Origin: a virus
Reading direction: 5' to 3' (one strand)
Virus record (IMG/VR): IMGVR_UViG_3300034346_000019
Location: 1 to 52,767 of that record
Length of the DNA: 52,767 nt
Positions 43,045-51,144 of this stretch are shown piece by piece. Position numbers and translations under genes: made by a program. Each line of letters begins with the position of its first letter. Position 1 is the stretch's first letter. Under the pieces are notes generated by a model that worked only from the letters and a program-made list of their open reading frames with translations, did no database searches and was not told the DNA's origin.

Positions 43045-43188
43045 ATGAATACATTATTAAGTATTATAGGACTTATACTAATTATAGTAGCACTTACATT
43101 TCAAGTACTAATAACCGAACCAAAGACAACAATACTATTGTTGTGGTTATACGTACTTATTAGAAATATACAAGAGTTTGTAGAGTGA
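43045..43188 (+). CDS. Small membrane protein (47 aa)
   Basis: Two hydrophobic segments. Confidence 0.35.
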   Translation: MNTLLSIIGLILIIVALTFQVLITEPKTTILLLWLYVLIRNIQEFVE

Positions 43189-43274
43189 TTTTTAATTGCT
43201 GTTAACACCCGTATAAACGGTCGTTTTAATGCCGTTTCATACACCGTTACATTTTAACTACTAAAACAAAAAAA

Positions 43275-43712
43275 ATGCAGACAAGTATTTTAAACAGAAA
43301 CGAAGCTTACAATTCAATAATTGAAAAGCTCCCAAAGAAAAGAAAGGAGGTGTTCAACGTTATATCAGTACTAGGTAAGGCATCTTTGGAAAATATAGCA
43401 AAGTTCTTAAAATGTCGCCCTAGTGATATTAGCGGACGTATCACGGAATTAAAGAAATGCTTTTTAATAAAAGAGTTTTGTTCTGCCGACTCTCGCAGAA
43501 CTGGGAATCCTGTCACAGTATACATACTTACAACAGAAGACGACAGGATTGATTCCGTTAATGAAAAATTCATCGAATTAAGAACCGAAAGAGATCGCAT
43601 AACAAATGATCTAAATCTAAACAAAGCATTAAGTCAAGCATTGCGAAGAATCGGTTTAGATAGAATTAACAAGATCAACAAAGAGATCAAAGCCTTAAAA
43701 AAAGTGATATGA
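43275..43712 (+). CDS. Winged-helix DNA-binding protein (145 aa)
   Basis: VFNVISVLGKASLENIAKFLKCRPSDISGRITELKKCFLI...GNPVTVY is MarR/wHTH-like. Confidence 0.55.
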   Translation: MQTSILNRNEAYNSIIEKLPKKRKEVFNVISVLGKASLENIAKFLKCRPSDISGRITELKKCFLIKEFCSADSRRTGNPVTVYILTTEDDRIDSVNEKFIELRTERDRITNDLNLNKALSQALRRIGLDRINKINKEIKALKKVI

Positions 43713-43972
43713 AAAAGGATAAGATCGCAATAGCTCAGAAGATTGATAGTGCTAATACATATTATTTATTTAGAGAAAACGGACGAGAATTAACCTTTAA
43801 GATTATAAATAATTCAATTACAGAGAGTAGAGATTTAACCACCTTAGAAAGAAAGTTTATTGCTAAGAAATATCTAAACAATCAACACAAATTATTCGAT
43901 AAACTAAAAGGTGTATCAAAAGAAATTTTAGACAAACTAGAATTGAAATTACAAGTATTACAAAATAATTAA
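43709..43972 (+). CDS. Hypothetical protein (87 aa)
   Basis: ATGA overlap. Confidence 0.55.
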   Translation: MKKDKIAIAQKIDSANTYYLFRENGRELTFKIINNSITESRDLTTLERKFIAKKYLNNQHKLFDKLKGVSKEILDKLELKLQVLQNN

Positions 43973-43990
43973 AACTAAATACCCCTACCG

Positions 43991-44752
43991 ATGGCAAAAA
44001 CAGGCTTAATATTCTATCAAAACGACACCGACAGGTATCAAGATATGAAGATCAAAAGATTAAAAAAGCAATTTAGTTGTTCGGGTATTGCTATATGGGA
44101 TTACGTTCTGAACGAGATTTACAGAGTAGAAGGGAGTTTCTTAGTGTGGAATGAAGATTGTGCCTTTGACGTTTCAGACTACTTTGGAATCAAAGAAAGC
44201 TTAGTAAAGGAAGTTATAAACTATTGTGCTAGTATTGGTCTTTTTAACAAAGAACTTTTTAGTAACGAGAGTACACTTACCTCAAAAGCAATTCAAACCA
44301 GATACGTAACCACTTGTAAAAAAGCAAAACGAAAAAACTATAAAGTTCCCGAACATTTAGACTTATTACGCGTAGAAATGCCAAAAGTACGGGAAGAAAC
44401 GCCAAAAGTACGCGTAGTTTCAGACATAGTAGAGTATAGTATAGTAGAGAATAGTAAAGTAAAGAAGAGTAGAGAAGATGTTTATTATCCAATCGCCAAA
44501 ATTATCGAAGCTTATTTAGCGGATGAAAGAATTGTATCTGCTGTAATTTCAAACAAAGACAACAAGCTAAAAGATAAAGAACATCTAAAAACTAGGCTTA
44601 AAGAATTTGAAGCTATGATGATTGAGCTTGGTCGTAGTTCTGAAACTTGGACAGAGTTCACAACGTATTTTAGAAATTGGAACAAAAGTCAAAAAAAAGC
44701 AATTGAAAAACAAGTATCAAAAACCAAAAGAGCTAAAATAAATCTCGTTTAA
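43991..44752 (+). CDS. Replisome organiser / replication initiator (DUF4373, Lin1244-like N-terminus)
   Basis: FYQNDTDRYQDMKIKRLKKQFSCSGIAIWDYVLNEIY typical of DUF4373; directly upstream of dnaB; contains iteron-like repeats. Confidence 0.65.
   Translation: MAKTGLIFYQNDTDRYQDMKIKRLKKQFSCSGIAIWDYVLNEIYRVEGSFLVWNEDCAFDVSDYFGIKESLVKEVINYCASIGLFNKELFSNESTLTSKAIQTRYVTTCKKAKRKNYKVPEHLDLLRVEMPKVREETPKVRVVSDIVEYSIVENSKVKKSREDVYYPIAKIIEAYLADERIVSAVISNKDNKLKDKEHLKTRLKEFEAMMIELGRSSETWTEFTTYFRNWNKSQKKAIEKQVSKTKRAKINLV
44380..44412 (+). repeat. Iteron-like direct repeats GCCAAAAGTACG x2 (21-nt phasing), flanked by TACGCGTAG x2
   Basis: Copies at 44380 and 44401; TACGCGTAG at 44367 and 44409. Confidence 0.8.
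44426..44456 (+). repeat. ATAGTA(GAG) repeat cluster
   Basis: ATAGTA at 44426, 44436, 44441, 44451; ATAGTAGAG at 44426 and 44441. Confidence 0.75.
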
Positions 44753-44755
44753 CCA

Positions 44756-46204
44756 ATGGAATCAAACATAAGCATATTAGAAAAAGGAAAGCTGCCGCCG
44801 CAAGCTGTAGACTTAGAAGAAGCTGTTTTAGGCTCAATAATGAGTGATTCAAAAGCAATTGAAGAAGTTGTTGACATTTTAAAAGCAGAATCATTTTACA
44901 AAGAATCTCATAAAATGGTGTTTAAGGCTATTAAAAAACTTTATGACAGGAGAGAGCCTATTGACTTATTAACGGTTTCAAACACACTTAGAAATAGCGC
45001 AGAGCTAGACCTAGCGGGTGGAGACTTCGCGCTGATAGGATTAACTCAAAAGGTTTCAAGTAGCGCGCATATTGAATATCATTCGCGAATCATTGCACAA
45101 AAAGCATTGCAAAGGGATTTAATCAAGCTAGGAAACAGCGTTATAATTGACGCTCACGACGACACGAAGGACGTGTTTGCTTTATTAAACAACACTTTTG
45201 ATTACTTAAATGAAGTTTCAGAGACAACATCGAAATCTACAGAGGTAAAAATAAGTGACCTCGTAAAAGATCAGATTGAAAAAGGTATTAAAATATTCAA
45301 CGGAGAAATTGAAGCTGGACTTCAAACACCATTTGAGAAAATAAACAAAGCTACAGGTGGATGGAGGGATTCAGAGCTTGTAATTGTTGCAGCGCGTCCA
45401 GGAATGGGAAAAACAGCTTTTATTTTAGCGGACTGTGTATTTTCTGCTGTTGTAAACAAAGTGCCTACTGCCTTTTTCTCTTTAGAAATGGCAGCAACTA
45501 AACTTACAGATAGAGTGTTGTCAATGCAGGCTAAAATTGATTCTTCTTGCTTTAATATTAACGGCTTGTCGCAGTCGGATATTAGTAAAATAATGGCTAT
45601 AAAAAAAGAAATTGACGAAGCTCCTTTTTACATCGATGACACACCTTCACTTTCAATACATGAGTTGAGAGTAAAAGCAAAACGAATGGTTAGTAAGTAT
45701 GGAATCAGAAAAATAGTAGTTGATTATTTACAGCTAATGAGTGGTACAGGCGGAAACAGAGAGCAAGAAATATCAAGTATTGCAAGAGGCTTGAAGCTGC
45801 TAGCTAAAGAACTTAGCGTGCCTGTTATTGCTTTGTGTCAATTATCTCGAGCGGTGGAAACACGTGGAGGAAGTAAGCGACCTTTACTTTCCGATTTACG
45901 TGAATCTGGAGCAATAGAGCAAGATGCTGATGTAGTAAGTTTTATTTATCGTCCAGAATATTATGGTATAGAAGAATGGGATGACGACGAACGATCTTCA
46001 GCAATTGGACAAGCAGAAGTAATATTTGCAAAAAACAGAAACGGAGGATTAATAAGAACGCGTCTAGCTTTTGAGGGTAGATATACGTTATTCAGCGATA
46101 TAAAAGATGATTTCGAATATTTCACACCAACAGAAGAAGAAGTGCCAACACCTAAAGCCTCAATAAATGAAGCTTTTGGAGACGATAATGAAACACCTTT
46201 TTAA
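44756..46204 (+). CDS. dnaB: Replicative DNA helicase DnaB
   Basis: N-terminal LPPQAVDLEEAVLGSIM, Walker A ARPGMGKTAF, VVDYLQLM, ALCQLSRAVE, LRESGAIEQDADVV. Confidence 0.95.
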   Translation: MESNISILEKGKLPPQAVDLEEAVLGSIMSDSKAIEEVVDILKAESFYKESHKMVFKAIKKLYDRREPIDLLTVSNTLRNSAELDLAGGDFALIGLTQKVSSSAHIEYHSRIIAQKALQRDLIKLGNSVIIDAHDDTKDVFALLNNTFDYLNEVSETTSKSTEVKISDLVKDQIEKGIKIFNGEIEAGLQTPFEKINKATGGWRDSELVIVAARPGMGKTAFILADCVFSAVVNKVPTAFFSLEMAATKLTDRVLSMQAKIDSSCFNINGLSQSDISKIMAIKKEIDEAPFYIDDTPSLSIHELRVKAKRMVSKYGIRKIVVDYLQLMSGTGGNREQEISSIARGLKLLAKELSVPVIALCQLSRAVETRGGSKRPLLSDLRESGAIEQDADVVSFIYRPEYYGIEEWDDDERSSAIGQAEVIFAKNRNGGLIRTRLAFEGRYTLFSDIKDDFEYFTPTEEEVPTPKASINEAFGDDNETPF

Positions 46205-46302
46205 AATATAACACTATAACACAAGTAAAAAGAGAATACAAATTACATAATACTAATTCAAAATATTAAATAATCAAATAACAATTAAATGATGTATCAA
46301 TT

Positions 46303-46485
46303 ATGAAAAAAGAAACAATAGAAAAACTAAATAAAATCGGAGCGAATATATCTGCGGCAAAAATGCTATACAGCTCTCTAATCGATAATGAAAAGCTAAC
46401 AAAAGATCAGGTTATCGATTTAGAAAAAGCAGATGAAACAATTAATAAATCATGCGATATGATTCGATCTATTGCGTTTAAATAA
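46303..46485 (+). CDS. Hypothetical protein (60 aa)
   Basis: Co-oriented ORF. Confidence 0.5.
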   Translation: MKKETIEKLNKIGANISAAKMLYSSLIDNEKLTKDQVIDLEKADETINKSCDMIRSIAFK

Positions 46486-46513
46486 ACTGTAGTAAAAATA
46501 TTAATCGGCCATC

Positions 46514-46804
46514 ATGGCACAACACATAAAAATTATGCAAAATTTATCAAAAGAATTTGATCACATAGGAAAAGTAAGAGTATCCTATGGATTTGGAAAT
46601 CAATTAATCAAAATTGAAAAAAGAGTAAAACATCCTAAAACATTCCTAAAACCAGAACGTGTGGAATGGAAAACTGTATATGCTGGTTTTGCTGATGTTT
46701 TAAGAGAATCCTTGTCAATATATGATGATCTAAAAAAAGAAGCTGAACCGACGGAGAAGACACTAAGAGAACAGCAAGAGCGAGAATATCGATCAATTCA
46801 TTAA
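46514..46804 (+). CDS. Hypothetical protein (96 aa)
   Basis: Co-oriented ORF. Confidence 0.55.
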   Translation: MAQHIKIMQNLSKEFDHIGKVRVSYGFGNQLIKIEKRVKHPKTFLKPERVEWKTVYAGFADVLRESLSIYDDLKKEAEPTEKTLREQQEREYRSIH

Positions 46805-46815
46805 TACTGTAGGTA

Positions 46816-46968
46816 ATGAAGCTTGAAGAAAGAACTGAAATGATAAGAAAGATTCGTGCTGAATTCTTAGATGCGGAAGAAATACTTCCTTCTGGAAGTT
46901 TCACAATAATGCATGACTTGAGAATTAAGACACAAAAAATCATCATTGAATCAATAAAGATACTATGA
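46816..46968 (+). CDS. Hypothetical small protein (50 aa)
   Basis: ATG 46816 to TGA 46968. Confidence 0.4.
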   Translation: MKLEERTEMIRKIRAEFLDAEEILPSGSFTIMHDLRIKTQKIIIESIKIL

Positions 46969-47120
46969 AACGATCTGAAGAGCTAAAAGTGAAGCGTAGA
47001 AAGTTCATTAACAATTACGTTGAACAGAATCAAGAAAAACAAATGAAAGTCATCGTTGCTGAATTAGTAGATCGTCTTTTCATTTCAGAAAAATCAATAT
47101 ACAACATATTAAAAGAGTAG
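46965..47120 (+). CDS. Small HTH-like DNA-binding protein (51 aa)
   Basis: ATGA overlap; VAELVDRLFISEKSIYNILKE resembles an excisionase/HTH_17-type recognition helix. Confidence 0.45.
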   Translation: MKRSEELKVKRRKFINNYVEQNQEKQMKVIVAELVDRLFISEKSIYNILKE

Positions 47121-47284
47121 TAAAAAAGAAGCTCCCGTGTGAACAGGAGCTAAATAAAAGCCTTGGTGTTGAAACCAAATCTTTCTAAGTGGAATTACAA
47201 AGATACAATTCTTCATCAAAGCTTTCAATCGAAAGCGGAAGCCGAAAAGCTAATAGAGTAGGCAAATTTTAAAACAATTATATA

Positions 47285-47512
47285 ATGAAAAAACGAAATT
47301 TAAAATCTTTGAAGTTAAACAAGAGATCAATTTCCAATTTATCAAAAATTAAAGGTGGTGAAGGTGGTTTTTTTTCAAATTTATTTGAATGCTTTGACCC
47401 ATCGGATATGACAGAACCATCTATTTGCACAGTATATGATTACGGAGAAGGTTTTTATCCAATTCCATATATGTGCGAACAAACGTGTCAAACCGCTTGT
47501 TACGGAAAGTAA
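47285..47512 (+). CDS. Double-glycine-leader, Cys-rich secreted peptide precursor (bacteriocin/RiPP-precursor-like), 75 aa
   Basis: Leader MKKRNLKSLKLNKRSISNLSKIKGG; 50-aa core with 5 Cys ending YMCEQTCQTACYGK; followed by a hairpin. Confidence 0.65.
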   Translation: MKKRNLKSLKLNKRSISNLSKIKGGEGGFFSNLFECFDPSDMTEPSICTVYDYGEGFYPIPYMCEQTCQTACYGK

Positions 47513-47627
47513 TTAAATAATGAAGGCGGTAATTGATACTTGCCGTCTTCAAAAACATACTAATTGCAATTAAAACAACTTAAAAACCTGTAGGTTAATC
47601 GGTCGCCTACTATTCCAATGACCGAAC

Positions 47628-47667
47628 AAAACAATATATAATGAAAAAACAAAATTTAAAAAGCTAA
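47628..47667 (+). pseudogene. Truncated second copy of the leader-peptide gene 5' end (MKKQNLKS*)
   Basis: AAAACAATATATAATGAAAAAACAAAATTTAAAA parallels 47271..47305; stop after 8 codons. Confidence 0.55.
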
Positions 47668-47675
47668 CAAAAGAT
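47662..47675 (+). repeat. AGCTAACAAAAGAT copy 2 (left arm of a 14-bp inverted repeat)
   Basis: Pairs with 47709..47722. Confidence 0.9.
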
Positions 47676-47708
47676 AGTATAATAACTTAAAAATCATTAT
47701 ATTGTAAC

Positions 47709-47722
47709 ATCTTTTGTTAGCT
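47709..47722 (-). repeat. AGCTAACAAAAGAT copy 3 (inverted)
   Basis: ATCTTTTGTTAGCT on the plus strand. Confidence 0.9.
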
Positions 47723-47798
47723 GATTACAACCCTTTGTAAACTCAGCTAATTTGTAGTATCTAATACTTTCCGATTAGCTTTAAATCTAAAGCTAGAA

Positions 47799-48413
47799 AT
47801 GAATCAAATCAACAAAGAAGACAAAGAATTATTATACAAAGCATTATGTGGGTATTTACTGTATAAACTTAAAGTATCAATAATAAACAATGAATTAGGC
47901 GAAATAAAGAAGATAGACACCTTAACAGGTTGTCAATGTTTTGACGAGGATGAAATTTGGATTTACACACCTAAAAACGAATGGCTTATTGAAGAAGTTA
48001 AACCAATACTTAGGCCGTTATCCGATTTAACAAAAGAGATAACACACAATGGAAAAGTAATTACACCTATCAGAGAATTGTTTAAAATGATAGACAAGTC
48101 TGACTATGTGGATTGGTATCATTTTTTAGATGTCGAACTAGACGAATGCTTAAAAGCAGCTAATACACAGATCGACGACGAATGGAATTTCTGTTTGAGA
48201 TTAGACCATCCAAAAAACGGTAACGAAAACTCTTTAACATTAAGCGTTACAAGTCACAATATTTGCTTGTTTGATAATCTTAATTGTGAAGAAATGCGAA
48301 TAATGAATGAAAGGGACTTATTCGAGTATTTAAAATCACTTCATTTCGATCTAGACGATCTAATAGAAGAAAATCTAGCAATAGACATTAACACATTAAA
48401 TACAAATGACTGA
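47799..48413 (+). CDS. Hypothetical protein (204 aa); paralogue of the 23580..23978 product
   Basis: Shared motifs listed at 23580..23978. Confidence 0.6.
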   Translation: MNQINKEDKELLYKALCGYLLYKLKVSIINNELGEIKKIDTLTGCQCFDEDEIWIYTPKNEWLIEEVKPILRPLSDLTKEITHNGKVITPIRELFKMIDKSDYVDWYHFLDVELDECLKAANTQIDDEWNFCLRLDHPKNGNENSLTLSVTSHNICLFDNLNCEEMRIMNERDLFEYLKSLHFDLDDLIEENLAIDINTLNTND

Positions 48414-48573
48414 TAGAGATAAAATAATAACAGGGGAGTGCGTTTCTCCAATGACTGTAGATAGATGTAGTTATTGCGTAGATACTTGTGAGGCTTCTAA
48501 TAACAGCTTTAAATTAATTAAAGTGCTTATAGATAATGAAATTGATAAGCATGATAAAACTAAAAAAAAGTGA
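48406..48573 (+). CDS. Hypothetical small Cys-containing protein (55 aa)
   Basis: ATG 48406 to TGA 48573. Confidence 0.4.
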   Translation: MTDRDKIITGECVSPMTVDRCSYCVDTCEASNNSFKLIKVLIDNEIDKHDKTKKK

Positions 48574-48794
48574 ACATAGCAAAACAAATAATACTAGATG
48601 AAATACTAGAGGACAGCCACCCCGAAGCAATAGAAGATGTTATTTTTTGGGCGTTGGAATTTTACGCAGATCACAAGAAAGAAGAAACTAATGGTGGTGT
48701 AATAGCTTATGCAATCGTTGAACAAATCAAAGAAGCGGAGAAAACCAAAAAAGTCACTTTACTGAATGAAGAAACAATCAATAATTTAAACTAA
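48570..48794 (+). CDS. Hypothetical acidic protein (74 aa), GTG start
   Basis: GTGA overlap. Confidence 0.5.
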   Translation: MNIAKQIILDEILEDSHPEAIEDVIFWALEFYADHKKEETNGGVIAYAIVEQIKEAEKTKKVTLLNEETINNLN

Positions 48795-48798
48795 AGAT

Positions 48799-49140
48799 AT
48801 GCTAACAGGACAATGTAAAAAAGATTTCGAAACGTGGCTATTTCATTCAAATTATGGATTTATGGTTAATGTGAGAGATTCTGTTGAAGGAAATTACGAG
48901 CATGAAGTTGAATTTTGTAATGAATTTAAAGGCTTCCCTTTTTCAATGCAATGGGGAGTATATCAGGACTTTTTTATCTCTAAAGAAATGAAAGTAGATG
49001 TTTACTCAGCGAAACATAAGGGAGTTGTTTATTACGAATACGATTTAGATGATTTTGGTGGTGATAAAGACACAATGCTAGAAGCTAGAGAGGCTTCAAT
49101 AAAAAAAGCAAACCAAGTATATAATAATAAAAACAGTTAA
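48799..49140 (+). CDS. Hypothetical protein (113 aa)
   Basis: Co-oriented ORF. Confidence 0.55.
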   Translation: MLTGQCKKDFETWLFHSNYGFMVNVRDSVEGNYEHEVEFCNEFKGFPFSMQWGVYQDFFISKEMKVDVYSAKHKGVVYYEYDLDDFGGDKDTMLEAREASIKKANQVYNNKNS

Positions 49141-49149
49141 AAATAAATA

Positions 49150-49287
49150 ATGAAGGTAATTGAACAATATATTATAAAAACTAGTTTAATTATAAAAACT
49201 GAAAACGGAAACTATTACCGCGATGGTGGTAGAGGGTATTATGAAGAATTAACAGAAAAACAATTTTTAAAAATTATAAATCAATAA
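49150..49287 (+). CDS. Hypothetical small protein (45 aa)
   Basis: ATG 49150 to TAA 49287. Confidence 0.4.
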   Translation: MKVIEQYIIKTSLIIKTENGNYYRDGGRGYYEELTEKQFLKIINQ

Positions 49288-49290
49288 AAA

Positions 49291-49659
49291 ATGTCAGACA
49301 CAAATTTAATTAGTTTAGGAATAATAGCAGTATTTACAACATGGTTTTTTGGTATGAAATATTATATAGGAAGCATTATTGATTCATCCTTTTCACCAAT
49401 AGAAAACAAGATAAAAGCCTTTAGAGAATCTCAAAAAATTACGGAAGCTGATAGGGACAAAATAAATTTTATAGAAGGTTACGAATGTAATATGAGGTTT
49501 CACGCGGAGCTTGAACCTAACGCATGTCAACAGCCGCAAAACCTAGTTGATGAATATAATAGGCTCACAGTTTGGTTAAATGATAATTATTCTACTTATA
49601 GCGATTATAAAAACGATGTAAGTACTAAGCAATACACAGTAAGATTTAAAAAATCATAA
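49291..49659 (+). CDS. N-terminally anchored membrane protein (122 aa)
   Basis: LISLGIIAVFTTWFFGMKYYIG. Confidence 0.55.
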   Translation: MSDTNLISLGIIAVFTTWFFGMKYYIGSIIDSSFSPIENKIKAFRESQKITEADRDKINFIEGYECNMRFHAELEPNACQQPQNLVDEYNRLTVWLNDNYSTYSDYKNDVSTKQYTVRFKKS

Positions 49660-49671
49660 CAATACAAACAA

Positions 49672-49833
49672 ATGAGTGTACAAATATTCAAGTGCGATAA
49701 ACACGAAAACCATTTTCCAAACCATTGTCTACAGTGTGAAATGGAAAAAGCAAAAAGCGGAAAATCTAATTGGTACAATGAAGATAGCACGTTAAACCCT
49801 TTAAATTGCTTAGGTAAAACATTAACCAACTAA
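49672..49833 (+). CDS. Small Cys/His protein (53 aa)
   Basis: CDKHENHFPNHCLQC; preferred over the antisense 49605..49829. Confidence 0.4.
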   Translation: MSVQIFKCDKHENHFPNHCLQCEMEKAKSGKSNWYNEDSTLNPLNCLGKTLTN

Positions 49834-49837
49834 AAAC

Positions 49838-50164
49838 ATGAGCTTACAAATAATCAACCAAGAAGTATTTATTAACGGTAAACAAATAACCAATGCAGAA
49901 ACAATAGGTAGCTATATATTAGACCAAGCAACAGAAGCGGACGAAATAGAAATTAACTTCAGAGCGACCATCGAACAAATGACAGCGGCGTATAATGAAT
50001 TAATAAAACTAAACGATTGGATGACTTTACACGATGGAGAAAAAGCCTGTATAAAACTTCCAATATTAGATGTTACAGGATTCCAAGTAGCCTACAGATC
50101 ATCTGCAGTACTTATGCAATTTGTTAACGCTTATAATAATGGAAAAATAAAAATTACGAAATGA
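49838..50164 (+). CDS. Hypothetical protein (108 aa)
   Basis: Co-oriented ORF. Confidence 0.55.
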   Translation: MSLQIINQEVFINGKQITNAETIGSYILDQATEADEIEINFRATIEQMTAAYNELIKLNDWMTLHDGEKACIKLPILDVTGFQVAYRSSAVLMQFVNAYNNGKIKITK

Positions 50165-50556
50165 TAGACACAACAAGTTTTTTAATAGGAATAGTATATG
50201 GAATAATTTTTACATTAGTAAGCTACGCAGCATTTGCAATATACACTTATTACAAAGGCTTTCAAGAGGATGGAATGTTACCGTTAGAAGATGAAAAAGA
50301 TATTAATGACATTGAAGTGCATTTTGAAGAAGTGGTAAGCAATACTAGGATGAAAAATGAAACAGAAAATTTATTAGCAGACATACGTAATAAAATGTCA
50401 CCAGCTTCACATTTAATAGCGTTAGTGGAGAGGTATATTGACGATGACCAAAAAACAGGAGCGGAACAAAGAGAATTGTATGAATATATTAAAACTGCAA
50501 TTCCAAAAGCGAAAGAATCTATAGAGTATTTAAGACAAATACAGTTAAACAAGTAA
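50161..50556 (+). CDS. N-terminally anchored membrane protein (131 aa)
   Basis: FLIGIVYGIIFTLVSYAAFAIYTYY. Confidence 0.55.
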   Translation: MIDTTSFLIGIVYGIIFTLVSYAAFAIYTYYKGFQEDGMLPLEDEKDINDIEVHFEEVVSNTRMKNETENLLADIRNKMSPASHLIALVERYIDDDQKTGAEQRELYEYIKTAIPKAKESIEYLRQIQLNK

Positions 50557-50561
50557 AAAAA

Positions 50562-50581
50562 CCTCATGCGCCAACATGAGG
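50562..50581. other. Hairpin CCTCATG-CGCCAA-CATGAGG
   Basis: 7-bp stem after the stop at 50556; A-run upstream, no T-run. Confidence 0.4.
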
Positions 50582-50625
50582 GTAAACAATAATAAAATTA
50601 TTTAATTAAAGTAAAAACCAAAAGT

Positions 50626-51141
50626 ATGAAAAATTTAATAATGATTATTGCTATGATATTATCAACCATTGCAGTAAAATCACAAAATCAAATTAGCGCA
50701 TTAGCAGCGCAAGATATGAGATTGCTAATAACAGGCAGTGAAACGTATGACAGTGGAACATTTGATATGATGTTCAGAGTACAGGCAGAAGCGCAACAAG
50801 ACAAACACGGTTACGCATCTGTATTCTTTGAATATGAAAGAGCAGAACTAACGCCAAATTATGAGCGATACAGTTTAAACGCGAGTTATACACTTAATAA
50901 ACTATTTATAAAAGACTTAGAACTATCCGCATACATTGGATACGGTACAATTAATAGAGGATTTAGCAAACAATCTTTTGGATTTGGTGGATCAATAAAC
51001 TATAAGATCACAGATGATTTAAAAGTTAGCAGCATTCTTCAGTTAGTAGACAGAACAGATTTAGGAGTCTTGTATGATGATAGAAGAATAGTTACATCGT
51101 ACTTTTTAGGAATTAGTTACACTTTACGAAAGGGGAAATAA
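50626..51141 (+). CDS. Outer-membrane beta-barrel protein (small porin/OmpX-like), 171 aa
   Basis: Signal peptide MKNLIMIIAMILSTIAVKSQ; alternating hydrophobic beta-strand pattern with aromatic girdles (YASVFFEYE, LSAYIGYG, GGSINYKI, YFLGISYTL). Confidence 0.65.
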   Translation: MKNLIMIIAMILSTIAVKSQNQISALAAQDMRLLITGSETYDSGTFDMMFRVQAEAQQDKHGYASVFFEYERAELTPNYERYSLNASYTLNKLFIKDLELSAYIGYGTINRGFSKQSFGFGGSINYKITDDLKVSSILQLVDRTDLGVLYDDRRIVTSYFLGISYTLRKGK

Positions 51142-51144
51142 AGT

